Made by a program: the position numbers and the translations under genes. A stretch of 64,000 nt of DNA, from NCBI GenBank assembly GCA_951406725.2, contig OX597837.1, positions 25,482,001 through 25,546,000 on the forward strand, in the 5' to 3' direction. Position 1 is the first letter of the stretch, and every line of letters begins with the position of its first letter. Shown piece by piece: positions 1 to 14,292 of this stretch. Origin of the DNA: Octopus vulgaris. Taxonomy: Eukaryota. Under the pieces are notes generated by a model. That model ran no database searches. It had not been told where the DNA came from and was given only the letters and a program-made list of their open reading frames with translations.

Positions 1-240
1 ATAGGGATAATAATAATAATAATAATAATTATTATTATTATTATAATAATACACATAACTCATTAGCGATGAATTTCTCAATGTGTGGGACAAAAGAAAT
101 TATGAAAAATTTTAATTAAAGGAACTATATACTGGAACAAAGTGTATATAAAGTGGCTATATATCAATAACTACATTTATTATACACAGCGTATTATATA
201 TTTTATGACATTTGGGATATTTTGGGTGATATAACACACA

Positions 241-275
<35 letters not shown>

Positions 276-1471
276 AAACCTTCCAATATATATATATACA
301 CACACGCACTGTGTGACCATATCTAGTACACAAAATATATGGCCCACAGAGACATGAATATATATGTGTATAGAAAACCACACACACAACTCTAACTGTA
401 TTTATTTTAAATACACATCAAGCCAAAAGCAACTGACATTTTCTTATAATATAAATGCTCCGATTGTCGTCTCTAAGTAGGTTAGTCTCCTGTATGGCTT
501 CTACATTTGGCTACATTTCTTTCCCTGTACTCCTCATTCACACAAACCAACTAATATTAGGATAATAAGAAACATGCCAACGATCTTAACACCAACACAT
601 ATTTATTATCTAACCAAAAAAAAAAAAAAAAAGGTCGATCTCTTTATATTATAAAACCTTTTCGGTAATGTCCTCGTGTCTATTTGTGTCTGTTCAAGCA
701 TGAGAAGCAATTAGGACAAATTTTAAATTCTTTTTCGTCCACCCTTCCCCTTCTTACGAAAGTCTATATTCAATCTTTTGTTAAAGAGCACTAGACAAGT
801 GGCTTCATAATAATAATGAAACAGCAACGTGCTTGCCTGGTGGTGGTTTATATTACACATGTCAGTTCTCTCTTAGACGGGATAGTTTATGTACAAATTA
901 AGTACCAGTTGCGTACTGCGGTCGATCTAATCGACTGGCCTCCTTCCCCAATATTTCGGGCTTTGTGCCTAGAGTAGAACAGGATATTTGGACAAATACA
1001 CACTATATAGACAAATAGATGGATACAGAGATATCAACATCGTTACATACCACGTCCATGCTATATATATAATACAATGATTGAATATATCACTGTTTTA
1101 CATAATACAACGTGGCAATCTTTCGGACGGTATCATAAAAAGTCAGCGGTGGGGGTATGATAATTTTTATTACATGTCGAATGCTGCGAAACGGCCGTAA
1201 TCATAAACATAGCAAGTGGTCAAATAAATATATTCACGCCTAATACCTCCTGACTTTGAAATAATTTCATCGATTGGATCTCCTGGCTTTCAGGTGCATG
1301 AAACTCATTCGTATTATGGCATGATAGGTCTTTTAGAGGGCCTTAGCTTTGTGTGATAACCGCAGGATTCTATAAATCCATCTAGGCAGTACTACACACA
1401 CACACACCTGTTTGTATATATATATATATATGTTTGTATGTATATATATATATATACCTCGTTCAGACATT

Positions 1472-1577
<106 letters not shown>

Positions 1578-2464
1578 AAGTTGATAATCAATTTTGATAT
1601 ATAATTTCGTTTTTGTATTTGGTTTGCAAGATTCTTTATGTGAATTCTTGTGTTGAAGCATATTTTATTGTGCCAGGGGAGAGTCCTTCACTTTTAGTGC
1701 TTTATTACTTAACCTACTCACTGGTTCACTTTCCACATCAAAGTTGTCAATTTTGGTATATAACAACGAAAGAGACATGGAAAACAAGACAAGTAACATA
1801 AAGAATGACCCTTCATCAGTTGTCGGCTGTTTTATCTACTCCATGTTTTGAACATTTATGACAAGATGTGCCTTCGTCAAAACATTTGCTTCCACAAAGC
1901 TAATCAAATAAAATTTAGGATTTGTGGAGGGGTCAAAGTTGATAACAAAAACAGGACAGTGAAAACTGTAAGGGCTGTTAAGTCATGATGAGGTGAGGTG
2001 TCGAATGGTGGAGAAACAAGCTTTGACATGAGACAGACCAGGATGTGGCTGATCTCTTGTAGCTAATCAGAGGAAAAGAAAGAAACTCAGGTTAGGAAAA
2101 GAAAGATAGCCGATGGTCACATGTGAGCAATGAGAGAGTAAAGGAGTAAGAGAGAATGACAGATAGATAACGGTAAAAGGGAGAGGAAAAGAATTATATA
2201 TATATATATATATAATTTACACCTACAGATATACAAACTTTTTACACATAATACACACACACACAACACACTTGCTTTTCTTCAGGCTATCTGTACATTT
2301 CTGCTTTCCCTCTTTTCTGGAGTTTTCCCTCTATCTGATGAAGAGCCACGTTTGAAACACTATTTTTACTCTTATTTTTCCATCTAAAACTTTCACTGAT
2401 CGGCTGTGTATGTCCAATTGACATTTGTTGCTTCTCCCATTTTTTCTTAATATTCTTTGTTTTG

Positions 2465-2498
<34 letters not shown>

Positions 2499-2502
<4 letters not shown>

Positions 2503-2733
2503 AGACCGGGCGTTGTGAGTGTTTATTGAGCGAAAACACCTAAAGCTCCACGAAACTCCGGCAGGGGGTGGTGGCGATCCCTACTGTACTCTTTTGCCAC
2601 AAATTTCTCTCACTTTTTCTTCGGTTGGCCTGCTCACTTAGCCAGTGGGGAGGCGTCATTTGAAGGCTAAAAGAATGCGAAGCGCATTGTGACCAGCGAT
2701 TTGTAGCAACATCTGATAGCCTGGTCGGTCACG

Positions 2734-2737
<4 letters not shown>
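2499..2737 (+). mobile_element. 5'-truncated tRNA-derived SINE; shared body with tail variant B
   Basis: The body cccagaccgggcgttgtgagtgtttattgagcgaaaacacctaaagctcc matches the SINE at 56885. The tail differs and ends gatagcctggtcggtcacggtgat; tail pieces recur at 2790-2832, 4292-4326 and 4444-4478. Confidence 0.8.
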
Positions 2738-2788
<51 letters not shown>

Positions 2789-3299
2789 ATAGCAACATCT
2801 GATAGCCTGGTTGGTCACGGTGATCACGGTGATATATATATATCTCTGTCCAGTACTCAATAAACTTTGACTCATACAAGCATGGAAAAGTGGAAGTTAA
2901 AACGATGGTGGTGACGATGATGATGATGATATCTTTTATTTTGCTGGACAGGGTGACCACACATCACCTGGTCATAATTGTCCTGTCAGTCTCACTGCAT
3001 CACAAAAATTGATTGAGTCCTATGCTAAAAAGACACTTTGGAACTTCTTGTCATAAACTCAATTGACCCTCACAGTTTGGATTCATCTCTAACTCTGGCT
3101 GTTGTGGCCAATTCATTGACTTTCTTGAAGACCTCACTTAAATCACAGATGGTCACTCATGTGTGGGTGTTCTCTATGTTAGCCTCACGAGTGTCTTTAA
3201 TTCTGTGTCACACAAATGACGTATGACAAGGCTCTTTGCAATGCACATCAGGCTTAATTTTTGCAAATTGTTGAAGTCCTTCATTCTCAGTTGAAAGGG

Positions 3300-3462
3300 G
3301 GTAGTCGTAGTACTAGGATAACATTCTGTACACCAAGCAATGATACCTGGTGTCCCACAGGGATTTGTTCTTGGTCTCCCTGTTGTCTGTTTTATACATT
3401 AATGAAAGAGATGCCAACTTGAAGTATGTTACTCTATGAAAATACATAGATGACATTAAGCA
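3300..3462 (+). pseudogene. Decayed non-LTR reverse transcriptase fragment (CR1/L2/Jockey type)
   Basis: cct ggt gtc cca cag gga ttt gtt ctt ggt = PGVPQGFVLG, followed by frameshifted YINE...*KYIDDIK, matching the GVPQGSVLGP...YINDL...FADD motifs. Confidence 0.7.
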
Positions 3463-3746
3463 GATAGAAAAAAATAATGATGTTGATATCTATCCATCCG
3501 TCAGTCTGTCTGCCTGTCTGTCTGTCTGTCTCCCCCCCCCCCTCTATCTCTAAGTGTAACTACACATATGTGCTGTTGGCAATTTCTTTTCTTTCTTTGA
3601 ACTTTTCCCTTTCTCCTTTTCTGACAAAGAGCTATGCTTAAAATGTCAAAAACTCTCTTTTCACCGAGCGTCAAACTAATGCATTCCTTGTGCATGTATT
3701 TTTGTTGCCTGTTATTTTTATTCGTTTATTTGAATGACTAACATAA

Positions 3747-3778
<32 letters not shown>

Positions 3779-4051
3779 ATGTATATATATATGTATGTCT
3801 ATACAAGATAAGAAAATGGAGAAATACATCTAAATCAAATATCAATTACCAGATAATACTCAATCACATACTTTATTAAACCACCACATAAGAGACTGTA
3901 GGGTTAAATATAAAAAGCAGAACAAATCAGTGTACATAAAGGAATGTACATAAAAAAGTGTACATAAAAGAGTAATGTTGTATAATAATTAGAATATATA
4001 TAAAAGAGAATATAAATACAAGTAAATATAAATATAAGTATACATTAGATC

Positions 4052-4892
4052 TTGTATGTATGTGTATATGTATGTATGTATGTATGTGTATATGTATGTG
4101 TGTATGTATGTATATATGTATGTATGTATGTATATATGTATGTATGTATCTGTATATATATGTGTATATATATGTGTGTATGTGTATGTATGTGTATATG
4201 TATGTATGTGTGTATGTATGTATGTATGTATGTACGTATATATGTATGTATGTATGTGTGCGTGCGTATATATATATATATATATATATATATCACTGTC
4301 ACCGTGACCGACCAGGCTATCAGATGTATATATATGTATATATGTTTGTATATATATATGTATGTATGTATGTGTATGTATGTATCTATGTGTATATGTA
4401 TGTATGTGTGTATGTATGTATATATGTATGTGTATATAAATATATCACTGTCACCGTGACTGACCAGGCTATCAGATGTGTATGTATGTATGTATATATA
4501 TATGTATGTATGTATGTATATATATGTATGTATGTATATATATGTATATATGTATATATATATGTATGTATGTATATATATGTGTATGTATGTATGTATA
4601 TATATATGTATGTATGTATATATATATGTATGTATGTATGTATATATGTATGTATGTATATATATATGTATGTATGTATATATATATGTATGTATGTATG
4701 TATATATATATGTATGTATGTATGTATATATGTATGTATGTATGTATATATATATGTATGTATGTATGTATATATATATGTATGTATGTATGTATGTATA
4801 TATATATATGTATATATGTATGTATGTATGTATATATGTATGTATGTATATATATATATGTATATATGTATGTATGTATATATGTATGTATG

Positions 4893-4923
<31 letters not shown>

Positions 4924-5005
4924 GTATGTATGTATATATATATATGTATATATATATATGTATATATGTATATATATGTATGTATGTATGTATGTATATA
5001 TATAT
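4052..5005. repeat. (TATG)n/(TA)n compound microsatellite
   Basis: Directly visible; gives rise to the Y/I/M/V/C ORFs. Confidence 0.97.
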
Positions 5006-5292
5006 TAGCATGGAAAGCGGACGTTAAACAATGATGATGATGATATATATAGTGTAAAAGAGCAAAGGCTGCACTGGAATGGACATTCAGTGTGTATGGA
5101 ATATGACAGACTGTTGCGTAAAGAATGGATAGGAACTCCAAGTTAATATTTTTGTTACTATATTTCTATTGAGATACATTGCCTTTGCTTCAGTTAATTT
5201 TTAACACCTTAGCATTTAATCTGGCCATATTCAGCCCAAATGTTCTACCTGTTTTATGTTTAAACTTACCAGATCCAGCCTCTCGTACCTAT

Positions 5293-5686
5293 ACTCTTTA
5301 CTCTTTTACTTGTTTCAGTCATTTGACTGCGGCCATGCTGGAGCACCACCTTTAATCGAGCAACTCGACCCCGGGAATTATTCTTTGTAAGCCCAGTACT
5401 TATTCTATCGGTCTCTTTTGCCGAACCGCTAAGTAACGGGAACATAAACACACTAGCATCGGTTGTCAAGCAATACTAGGGGGACAAACACACACACACA
5501 TATATATATATATACATATATACGACGGGCTTCTTTCAGTTTCCATCTACCAAATCCACTCACAAGGCTTTGGTCAGCCCGAGGCTATAGTAGAAGACAC
5601 TTGCCCAAGGCGCCACGCAGTGGGACTGAACCTGGAACCATGTGGTTGGTAATTAAGCTACTTACCACACAGCCACTCCTGCGCCT
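5293..5686 (-). mobile_element. tRNA-derived SINE with CORE-like block and internal (TA/TG)n; most abundant family in the window
   Basis: Reverse complement starts gcaggagtggctgtgtggtaag...ggttcagtccc (A/B boxes), includes ccttgggcaagtgtctt (MIR/CORE-like) and ends gactgaaacaagtaaaagagta. Other copies at about 6654-7045(+), 10178-10455, 11150-11778(-), 14537-14840(+), 24263-24612(-), 24665-24880(+), 28478-28800, 32168-33026, 40522-40942(-), 46685-46845, 52490-52862(-), 59562-59951(-), 61225-61410 and 63860-64000(+). Confidence 0.85.
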
Positions 5687-5764
5687 ATTTACAATGTCAT
5701 TCTAAAAATACACACCATTGAAATTTTGAAGCTACTAGATAATGCATGATTTTTTTTTTCTTTT

Positions 5765-6065
5765 GGTTGTTCCTTCTCGAGCCATGCCTGGCTCATAAGG
5801 GCCGTTTTCCCAGTTTCTTGGCGTATAGGTTCCCCACCTGGATGGGACGCCAGTCCGTCGCAGGTGAGCTGCAAGATGCAGGAGGAAAGAGTGAGAGAAA
5901 GTTTTGGCGGAGAGTCAGCAGAAGTTTCGCCATTACTTTCTGCCGGAGCTGCGTGGAGCTTAGGTGTTTCTCTCATAAACACACATATCGCCCGGTCTGA
6001 GATTCGAACCCGCGATCCCTCGACCGCGAGTCTGCTGCTCTAACCACTAGGCCATGTGCCTCCAC
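5765..6065 (-). mobile_element. tRNA-headed SINE with V-domain-like tail
   Basis: Head gtggaggcacatggcctagtggttag...ggttcgaatc. Contains cctgcgacggactggcgtcccatccaggtg, which resembles the V-SINE domain. A second copy lies at 41231-41509(-). Confidence 0.75.
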
Positions 6066-7267
6066 TTAAAGCGTGATTAATTCAAAACAATGTGATTAAA
6101 TAAGCATTACATTTGACAAGGGTCATGAATGACCCTGGGATTGCACCTAGACAGTTCCTTTCTGAGGCACAAGTCTGAGCAAGATTGTTTTTTACGGAAG
6201 ATAAACCATCGTCCATGCATACCAGCCTCCCCTCTCCATGCCATTGATGTTATCCAAGAGAAAGGCAAAGGGGCCAATACAGCTTGGCACCTCTGACATT
6301 GCAACTCATTTCTACAGCTGAGTGAACTGGAGCAACCACAACACAGAGCTTGATCTGGGAACTGAACTCACTATCTCATAATTGTGAGCCTGACGCTTTA
6401 ACCACTGAGCCATACACCTTCACATTACCCTTTACATTTTCTCTCTTTTTTTTTTTTTACTCTTTTACTTGTTTCAGTCTGATCTGGCAAGGTTTCTACA
6501 GCTTGATGCCCTTCCTAATGCTAGCCACTCCGAGAGTGTAGCGGGTGCTTTTTACATGCCACTGGGATGGGGGCCAGTCAGGTGGCGCTGGCACTGACCA
6601 TGATTCTAAAAATAAACAATTACATCATTAAAATCTTGAAGCTACAAGATAATGGCTGTGTGGTAAGTAGCTTGTTTACCAACCACATGGTTCTGGGTTC
6701 AGTCCCACTGCGTGGCACCTTGGGCAAGTGTCTTCTACTATAGCCTCGGGCTGACCAAAGCCTTGTGAGTGGATTTGGTAGATGGAAACTGAAAGAAGCC
6801 CGTCGTATATATGTAAATATATATATATATGCGTGTGTGTGTTTTGTGTGTGTGTGTGTTTGTCTCCCTAGCATTGCTTGACAACCGATGCTGGTGTGTT
6901 TATGTCCCCGTTACTTTGCGGTTTCGGCAAAAGAGACCGATAGAATAAGTACTGGGCTTACAAAAGAATAAGTCCCAGGATCGAGTTGCTCAATTAAAGG
7001 CGGTGCTCCAGCATGGCCGCAGTCAAATGACTGAAACGAGTAAAAGAGAGAGATGTAGCCAGTGAGGTGATGTACTCAATAACTGGTATAGCAGAATCTT
7101 TGAAATCAGATACAAAAACCAAGTAGAATAAGCTCTAGCCAAGCTAGTAAGATGCTGAAGGACACAATGTTCTGCTATCTACACAAACAATTGATTAGTT
7201 AGTTGGACATTTAACCAATTGACTAACAATAGTGGAGTTGTATTGAACCAGTGTGTGCATTAATACT

Positions 7268-7653
7268 GGAAGCACTCCGTCGGTTTTGACGATGAGGGTT
7301 CTGGTTGATCCGAATCAACGGAACAGCCTGCTCGTGAAATTAACGTGTAAGTGGCTGAGCACTCCACAGACACGTGCACCCTTAACGTAGTTCTCGGGGA
7401 TATTCAGCGTGACACAGAGAGTTACAAGGCCGGCCCCTTGAAATACAGGTACAACAGAAACAGGAAGTAAGAGTGAGAGAAAGTTGTGGTGAAAGAGTAC
7501 AGCAGGGATCACCACCATCCCCTGCCGGAGCCTCGTGGAGCTTTTTTGGTGTTTTCGCTCAATAAACACTCACAACGCCAGGTCTGGGAATCGAAACCAC
7601 GATACTATGACCGCGAGTCCGCAGCCCTAACCACTGGGCCATTGCGCCTCCAC
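7268..7653 (-). mobile_element. Full-length tRNA-derived SINE (tail variant A) with TSD
   Basis: Near-identical to 56885-57268 and 27345-27727. 11-bp TSD gcattaatact at 7257-7267 and 7654-7664. Confidence 0.9.
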
Positions 7654-8011
7654 GCATTAATACTATTGGCATAATGAATCTCCTTAGACACAACAAAAAA
7701 TGAGAAGGAACAGAATTGGCTTTGATATGAAGCAATTTGGCTTTCTGCCCCCGAAAAACTGCTACTGATGAACTCCTTCTTAGTAAGACAACTACAGAAG
7801 CCCCAAGCTATAAGTAAACTGCTCAGCCTTTAATTTGTGAACCTGGAGAATCTTTTTACAAGGCTCCACATACAGTAATCTGGTGATCACTAAAGAAGTT
7901 TAACCTTTTAGTGTTTAAACTGGCTAAATCAGGCTCATGTGACAGCGTGTGTACCGTTGGCGATTTTTTTTTTCCTCCATCTTCCCTTCTCTAGATCTTT
8001 CCTTTTCCTAT

Positions 8012-8046
8012 GTTTCTGACAAAGAGCTCCGCTCGAAACGTAAAAC
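8012..8046 (+). ncRNA. Minimal type I hammerhead motif, Penelope type (G8A mutated)
   Basis: gttt CUGACAA a GAGC ucc GCUC GAAA CG UA aaac: stems I and II and the palindromic ACGU stem III are present. Confidence 0.6.
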
Positions 8047-8593
8047 CCTCCTTCTTCCCTTCCTTCCTGAGCGTCCAATAATACTATATTTGTTCCACGT
8101 CCTCACGTTGTTGTGTTTTCTCTTTGTGTTTTCATGTTTGGATTAACTCAAATATCCTATCTGTTTTATGTTCAAGCTGGCCAGATCTGGTCTCTCACGC
8201 TTGCCCTACATTGACATTCTGAAAATGAATAATCTCAAGAGTCCTGTGTCAGTGCCACGTAAAATGCACTTGTGCCAGTGTAATGTAAAGTGCCACTGTA
8301 AAATGGCTGGTGTTAGGAAGGGTATCCAGCTGTAGAAACCAAGCCAAATCATACTGTAACCTGGTGCCAGCTCTCGGGCTTGCTAACTCTAGTTGAACCA
8401 CCCAACCCATGCTAGCATGGAAAATGGACGTTAAAGGATGATGATGATGATTGTGATGTTGATGGTTGTAATGCATGATTAATTCAAAACAGCATGAATA
8501 AATAAGCATTGCATTTGATTGTGTAATCTGAATGCTTAAGGGTTAAGGTTATACAAATAACTGATGAAGGCCATACAGGTTATGTGCAGAGTT

Positions 8594-9010
8594 TAAGGCA
8601 GCGAGCTGGCAGAAACGTTAGCACGCCGGGCGAAATGCTTAGCGGTATTTCGTCTGCCGTTATGTTCTGAGTTCAAATTCCGCCGAGGTCGACTTTGCCT
8701 TTCATCCTTTCGGGGTCGATAAATTAAGTACCAGTTACGCACTGGGGTCGATGTAATCGACTTAATACCTATGTCTGTCCTTGTTTGTTCCCTCTGTGTT
8801 TAGCCCCTTGTGGGTAATAAAGAAATAGGTATTTCATCTGCCGTTATGTTGTGAGTTCAAATTCCGCCGAGGTCGACTTTGCCTTTCATCCTTTCGGGGT
8901 CGATAAATTAAGTACCAGTTACGCACTGGGGTCGATGTAATCGACTTAATACCTATGTCTGTCCTTGTTTGTCCCCTCTATGTTTAGCCCCTTGTGGGTA
9001 ATAAAGAAAT
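8594..9010 (+). mobile_element. Meta-domain-like SINE, dimer (one head, two bodies)
   Basis: Head aaggcagcgagctggcagaa..., body gcctttcatcctttcggggtcgataaattaagtaccag (MetaSINE/Sauria-like block). 17-bp TSD aggttatgtgcagagtt at 8577-8593 and 9011-9027. Monomers at 10741-10975, 45635-45866(-), 49803-50037(-) and 53284-53516. Confidence 0.85.
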
Positions 9011-9393
9011 AGGTTATGTGCAGAGTTGCAGTCAGCAAAGTAAGAGCAATGAGTTACTGTGACGAGTCCAGCATGCATGGAGTGGTTCACCAAGGCTCAG
9101 TCCTTAGCCCACTTCTGTTTATCATAGTTTTCCAAGCCTTTGCAAAAAAAGTTTAAAACTGTCTGGGAACTCTTATGTATTGTTGATCTTGTTCTGATAG
9201 CTGAATCTGTAGTAAAATTAAAAAGGAAATTCAAGACTGGAAAGCAGAACTTAGAATTGAGAGGCTTTACCCCTTTTGTTACTAACCCGGCCAAAACCGG
9301 CTCTGGCTCTGTGGTAAAATATCTTGTTTTCATAAGTTTTGAATTAAAATCTTCCACCAAGCCTTAGTCACAATTTATGTTCCAAACACTAGC

Positions 9394-9616
9394 TTAACCC
9401 TTTCATTACCAACCCGGCTGAAACCGGCTCTGTTGTACAAATGTCTTATTTTCATAAGTTTTGAATTAAAATCTTCCACCAAGCCTTAGTCACAATTTAT
9501 GTTCCTAACACTAGCTGAATGATAACTAAGTTATTTTATTAAATTCTTTGTTATATTTAAAGTAATTGAAAGAAACACAGAGCATCTCAAAATAAATACA
9601 GTAATGAAAGGGTTAA
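9394..9616. mobile_element. piggyBac-type MITE family B (about 220 bp)
   Basis: TTAA|CCCTTTC(A/G)TTAC...GTAA(T/C)GAAAGGG|TTAA. Other copies at 13045-13272, 49374-49603 and 50405-50634. Confidence 0.85.
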
Positions 9617-10254
9617 AGTTACCTTAGCATGAAGTTTTAGTGTGTAAGAAAGAAGTCAGGGTCATGCTCCCTTCAGATAAAAGGCCCTACTTGATATTTA
9701 GAAAAAGGGTAGATAGAAATTCCCAACATCACAATTTGTTCCTCTCTTTTAATGTTTCAGTTTCTTAAGGCTTATTTTTGTTGAATATTATTATTATTAT
9801 TATTATTTTCAAGGGGTGAGCTGGCAGAATTGTTACTGTGCCAGCAAAAATGCTTAACAGTATTTCGTCCGTCTTTGCGTTCTGAGTTAAAATGTCACCT
9901 GGGTTAAATCTGCCTTTCATCCTTTCAGAGTCAATAAAATAAGTGCCAGTTGAGTACTGGGGTCGATGTTATCAACTTACCCGCTCCGCTGAAATTACTG
10001 GCCTTGTGCCAAAATGTGAAACCATTATTATTAATTTTAAGGTCACAAGCTGGCAGAATCGTTAACACACCAGGCAAAATGCTTACAACATATCAACCAT
10101 CCTTATGTTCTGAGTTCAAGTTCCACTGAAGTCAACTTTGCTTTTCATCCTTTCAGGGTTGATAAAATTAACACTAGTTGTCTTCTACTGTAGCCTCAGG
10201 CCAACCAAAGCCTTGAGTGGATTTGGTAGACGGAAACTGAAAGAAGCCTGTCAT

Positions 10255-10302
<48 letters not shown>

Positions 10303-11353
10303 CTGTGTTTGTCCCCCCAACATCGCTTGACAATTGATGGTGTGTTTACGTCCCTGTAACTTAGCAGTTCGGCAAAAGAGAATGATAGAATAAGTACTAG
10401 GCTTACAAAGAATAAGTCCTGGGGTCGATTTTCTCAACTAAAGGCAGTGCTCCTCTGAGCTTGCTGGTCTTGTGCCAAAATTTGAAATCAATATTATTAT
10501 TATTATTATTACTATCATCATCATCGTCGTCGTCACAAAATCAACCATGGTTTCATCTCTATGGTATTGTCAGCCTGTTTTTCTTTAACTTTATCTTTAT
10601 TGGGATTCTTCCTGATATTGTCCTGCATATTGTAGGGGCTGCAGATCTTGTAAAATTTCCTAACATCCCTCTAATAATTCATCTTCTTGATGATGATGGT
10701 GACAATGATGACATCAATGATAATGATGGTGATAATAATTAAGGCGGCGAGCTGGCAGAAATGTTAGCACACCGGGCGAAATGCGTAGCCGTACTTCGTC
10801 TGTCACTACGTTCTGAGTTCAAATTCCGCCGAGGTTGACTTTGCCTTTCATCCTTACGGGGTCGATAAATTAAGTACCAGTTATGCACTGGGGTCGATGT
10901 AATCGACTTAATCCGTTTGTCTGTCCTTGTTTGTCCCCTCTATGTTTAGCCCCTTGTGGGTAGTAAAGAAATAGATAATGATAATAGATAATAGCAAAAC
11001 TTTATTTGTTGAGTCTTATCAAAGTTTTGAACCATTATTTCATTTAATTAAAACCTGGTATAAGGGGGTCAGTAATTTCCACTTGATGATGATGATGATT
11101 GTGATAATAATAAAAATGATCACTAAATTTAGAACTGCTTACTTTTTTTTTACTCTTTTACTTGTTTCAGTCATGTGACTGTGGCCATGCTGGAGCACTG
11201 CCTTTAGTTGAGAAAATCGACTCCAGGACTTATTCTTTGTAAGCCTAGTACTTATTCTATTGTTCTCTTTTGCCGAACTGCTAAGTTACGGGGACGACGT
11301 AAACACACCATCAATTGTCAAGCGATGTTGGGGGGACAAACACAGACACACAA

Positions 11354-11385
<32 letters not shown>

Positions 11386-11564
11386 TTAATCAGGCTGGCT
11401 TACCATTAAAAAACGCCGAAACAATGCATTGTCTAAAGAAGAACAGGGTAAATGTTTTTTTAATTTTTCCTTAGATTTCGGAATTACTACTATTTGCGGT
11501 TGGAGCCCTGGCTGCTATTTCTAGTGGGTCGAACGGCCTATTGTAGCCGTTCCTCAATTGTTGT

Positions 11565-11610
<46 letters not shown>

Positions 11611-12585
11611 TATGACAGGCTTCTTTCAGTTTCCGTCTACCAAATCCGCTCACAAGGCTTTGGTTGGCCTGAGGCTATAGTAGAAGACACTTGCCCAAGG
11701 TGCCACGCAGTGAGACTGAACCCGGAACCATGTGGTTTGTAAGCAAGCATCTTACCACACAACCACTCCTACGCCTATTCTTACTAATTTAATTTAATTT
11801 ATTATTTATTTATTTATTTATTTCCACTTATTCATTAATTTATCTATCCTTGGCTTAAGTGTTTAATATTATTATAGTTTTCCTCATTAACTTATCTTAT
11901 TATTAATTAAAATTATACAACCTGCTGTCAGTCAGACACTTAACTTTTTCGTTATTTCCTACAGGGAAGTGATGATAATGACACTAATGATGATGGTACT
12001 ATTAGTAACATAACATTACCTTCCAAGAGACCAGTTACACTACCTTGGTCTCAATTATTTTGAAAATAATGAAGAATTTAGTAAAACAGCTGTCATAATT
12101 AAGACATATTTGAAACAAAAATTACGATAAAATTCTAGCGGAAGGTATTGATCTGACCCTTTAGCATTTAACCCTTTAGTGTTTAAACCGGCCATATCTA
12201 GCCCTGATATTCTACATGTTTTATATTCAAACTGGCCATATCTAGCCTCTCACACCTAACCTACATTGACATTCTAAAAATAGACAATCACACCATTGAA
12301 ACCTCAAAACTATAATATAATAAATGATTAATTCAAAACAATTTGAGTGAAAAAGTATTACATTTAACAACAGAGTAATCTGAACACTAAAGGGTTAAAC
12401 TGGTCATAGCCGGCCAAAATATTCTACCTGTTTTATGTTGAAACTGGTCAGATCTGGCCTTTTACACCTACCCTACAGTGTCATTTTAAAAACAAAGAAT
12501 CGCATCACTCAAATCTCAAGATTATGGAATAATGCATGATTAATTCAAAATGACGTGAATACCTAAGTGTTGCATTTGATGGTGT

Positions 12586-14292
12586 AATCTGAACCCTAAA
12601 AGTTTTAACACAAGAAATTTATATCATAGAACCAAGGAATTCTTCGGTAGGTTCGTATCAAAAAAGTTAAAAGATATGTTAGGAAAATTCAGGTCATATT
12701 GTAAGGACTTCAGATTTTCTAAACTTTTCCTATGTCCCTTTAACTCTTTAGCCTTCAAACTGGCCATAACCTACCCAAATATTCTCCTTGTTTTATGTTC
12801 AAACTAATCTGAACCCTAAAAGTTTTAACACAAGAAATTTATATCATAGAACCAAAGAATTCTTAGGTAGGTTCGTATCAAAAAAATTAAAGGACATGTT
12901 AGGAAAATTCAGGTCATATTGTAAGGACTTCAGATTTTCTAAACTTTTCCTATATCCCTTTAACTCTTTAGCATTCAAACTGGCCATAACCTGCCCAAAT
13001 ATTCTACTTGTTTAATGTTCAAACTAATCTGAACCCTAAAAGGTTTAACCCTTTCGTTACCAACCCAGCTGAAACCGGCTCTGGCTATGAGTACAAATGT
13101 CTTGTTTTCAAAAGTTATGAATTAAAATCTTCCACCAAACCTTAGCTACAATTTATGTTTCTAACACTAGCTTAATGATAACTAAGTGATTTTACTAAAT
13201 TCTTTGTTATATTTAAAGTAATTGAAAGAAACACAGAGAATCTCAAAATAAATACAGTAATGAAAAGGTTAACACAAGAAATTTATATCATAGATCCAAG
13301 GAATTCTTAGGTAGGTTTGTATCAAAAAAGTTAAAGGATATGTTAGGAAAATTCAGGTCTGTCTGTGTTCCACAAAACATCAGGACAGTATTTAAAAGCA
13401 TGGGTACTTTTTCAACATATCTCTCTCTCCAATATACATCTATCTATATATTGAGGGTCATAGGGTAGATCTGCTTTTGTATACTGTCACCATATTGTAA
13501 GGACTTGAGATTTTCTAAACTTTTCCTATGTCCCTTTAACTCTTTAGCATTCAAACTGGCCATAACCTACCCAAATATTCTCCTTGTTTTATGTTCAAAC
13601 TAATCTGAACCCTAAAAGGTTTAACACAAGAAATTTATATCATAGAACCAAGGAATTCTTAGATAGGTTGGTTTCAAAAAAGTTAAAGGATATGTTAGGA
13701 AAATTCAGGTCTGTCTGTGTTCCACAAAACATCAGGACAGTATTTAAAAGCATGGGTATTTTTTCAACATATCTCTCTCTCCAATATACATCTATATATT
13801 GAGGGTCGTAGGGTAGATCTGCTTTTGTATACTGTCACCATATTGTAAGGACTTCAGATTTTCTAAACTTTTCCTATGTCCCTTTGACTCTTTAGCATTC
13901 AAACTGGCCATAACCTACCCAAATATTCTCCTTGTTTTATGTTCAAACTAATCTGAACCCTAAAAGGTTTAACACAAGAAATTTATATCATAGAACCAAG
14001 GAATTCTTAGGTAGGTTCGTATCAAAAAAGTTAAAAGATATGTTAGGAAAATTCAAGTCTGTCTGTGTTCCACAACACATCAGGACAGTATTTAAAAGCA
14101 TGGGTACTTTTTCAACATATCCCTCCAATATACATCTATCTATACATTGAGGGTCGTAGGGTAGATCTGCTTTTGTATACTGTCATCATATTGTAAGGAC
14201 TTGAGATTTTCTAAACTTTTCCTATGTCCCTTTAACTCTTTAGCATTTAAACTGGCCGTAACCTGCCCAAATATTCTTGTTTTATGTTCAAA
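12586..14292. repeat. Local tandem array (two ~220-bp and three ~348-bp units) built from MITE-A ends plus unique sequence
   Basis: The motif aatctgaaccctaaaag..ttaacacaagaaatttatatcatagaacc repeats, with period 348 (13584 to 13932). One unit carries a MITE-B inserted at TTAA (13045-13272). Confidence 0.9.

Noticed and set aside
8561-8590. ctgatgaaggccatacaggtt as a hammerhead
   Set aside because: No GAAA or stem III follows.
11965-12063. Possible exon after ttttcgttatttcctacag
   Set aside because: The frame runs into MITE-derived sequence and stops; no good donor or homology.
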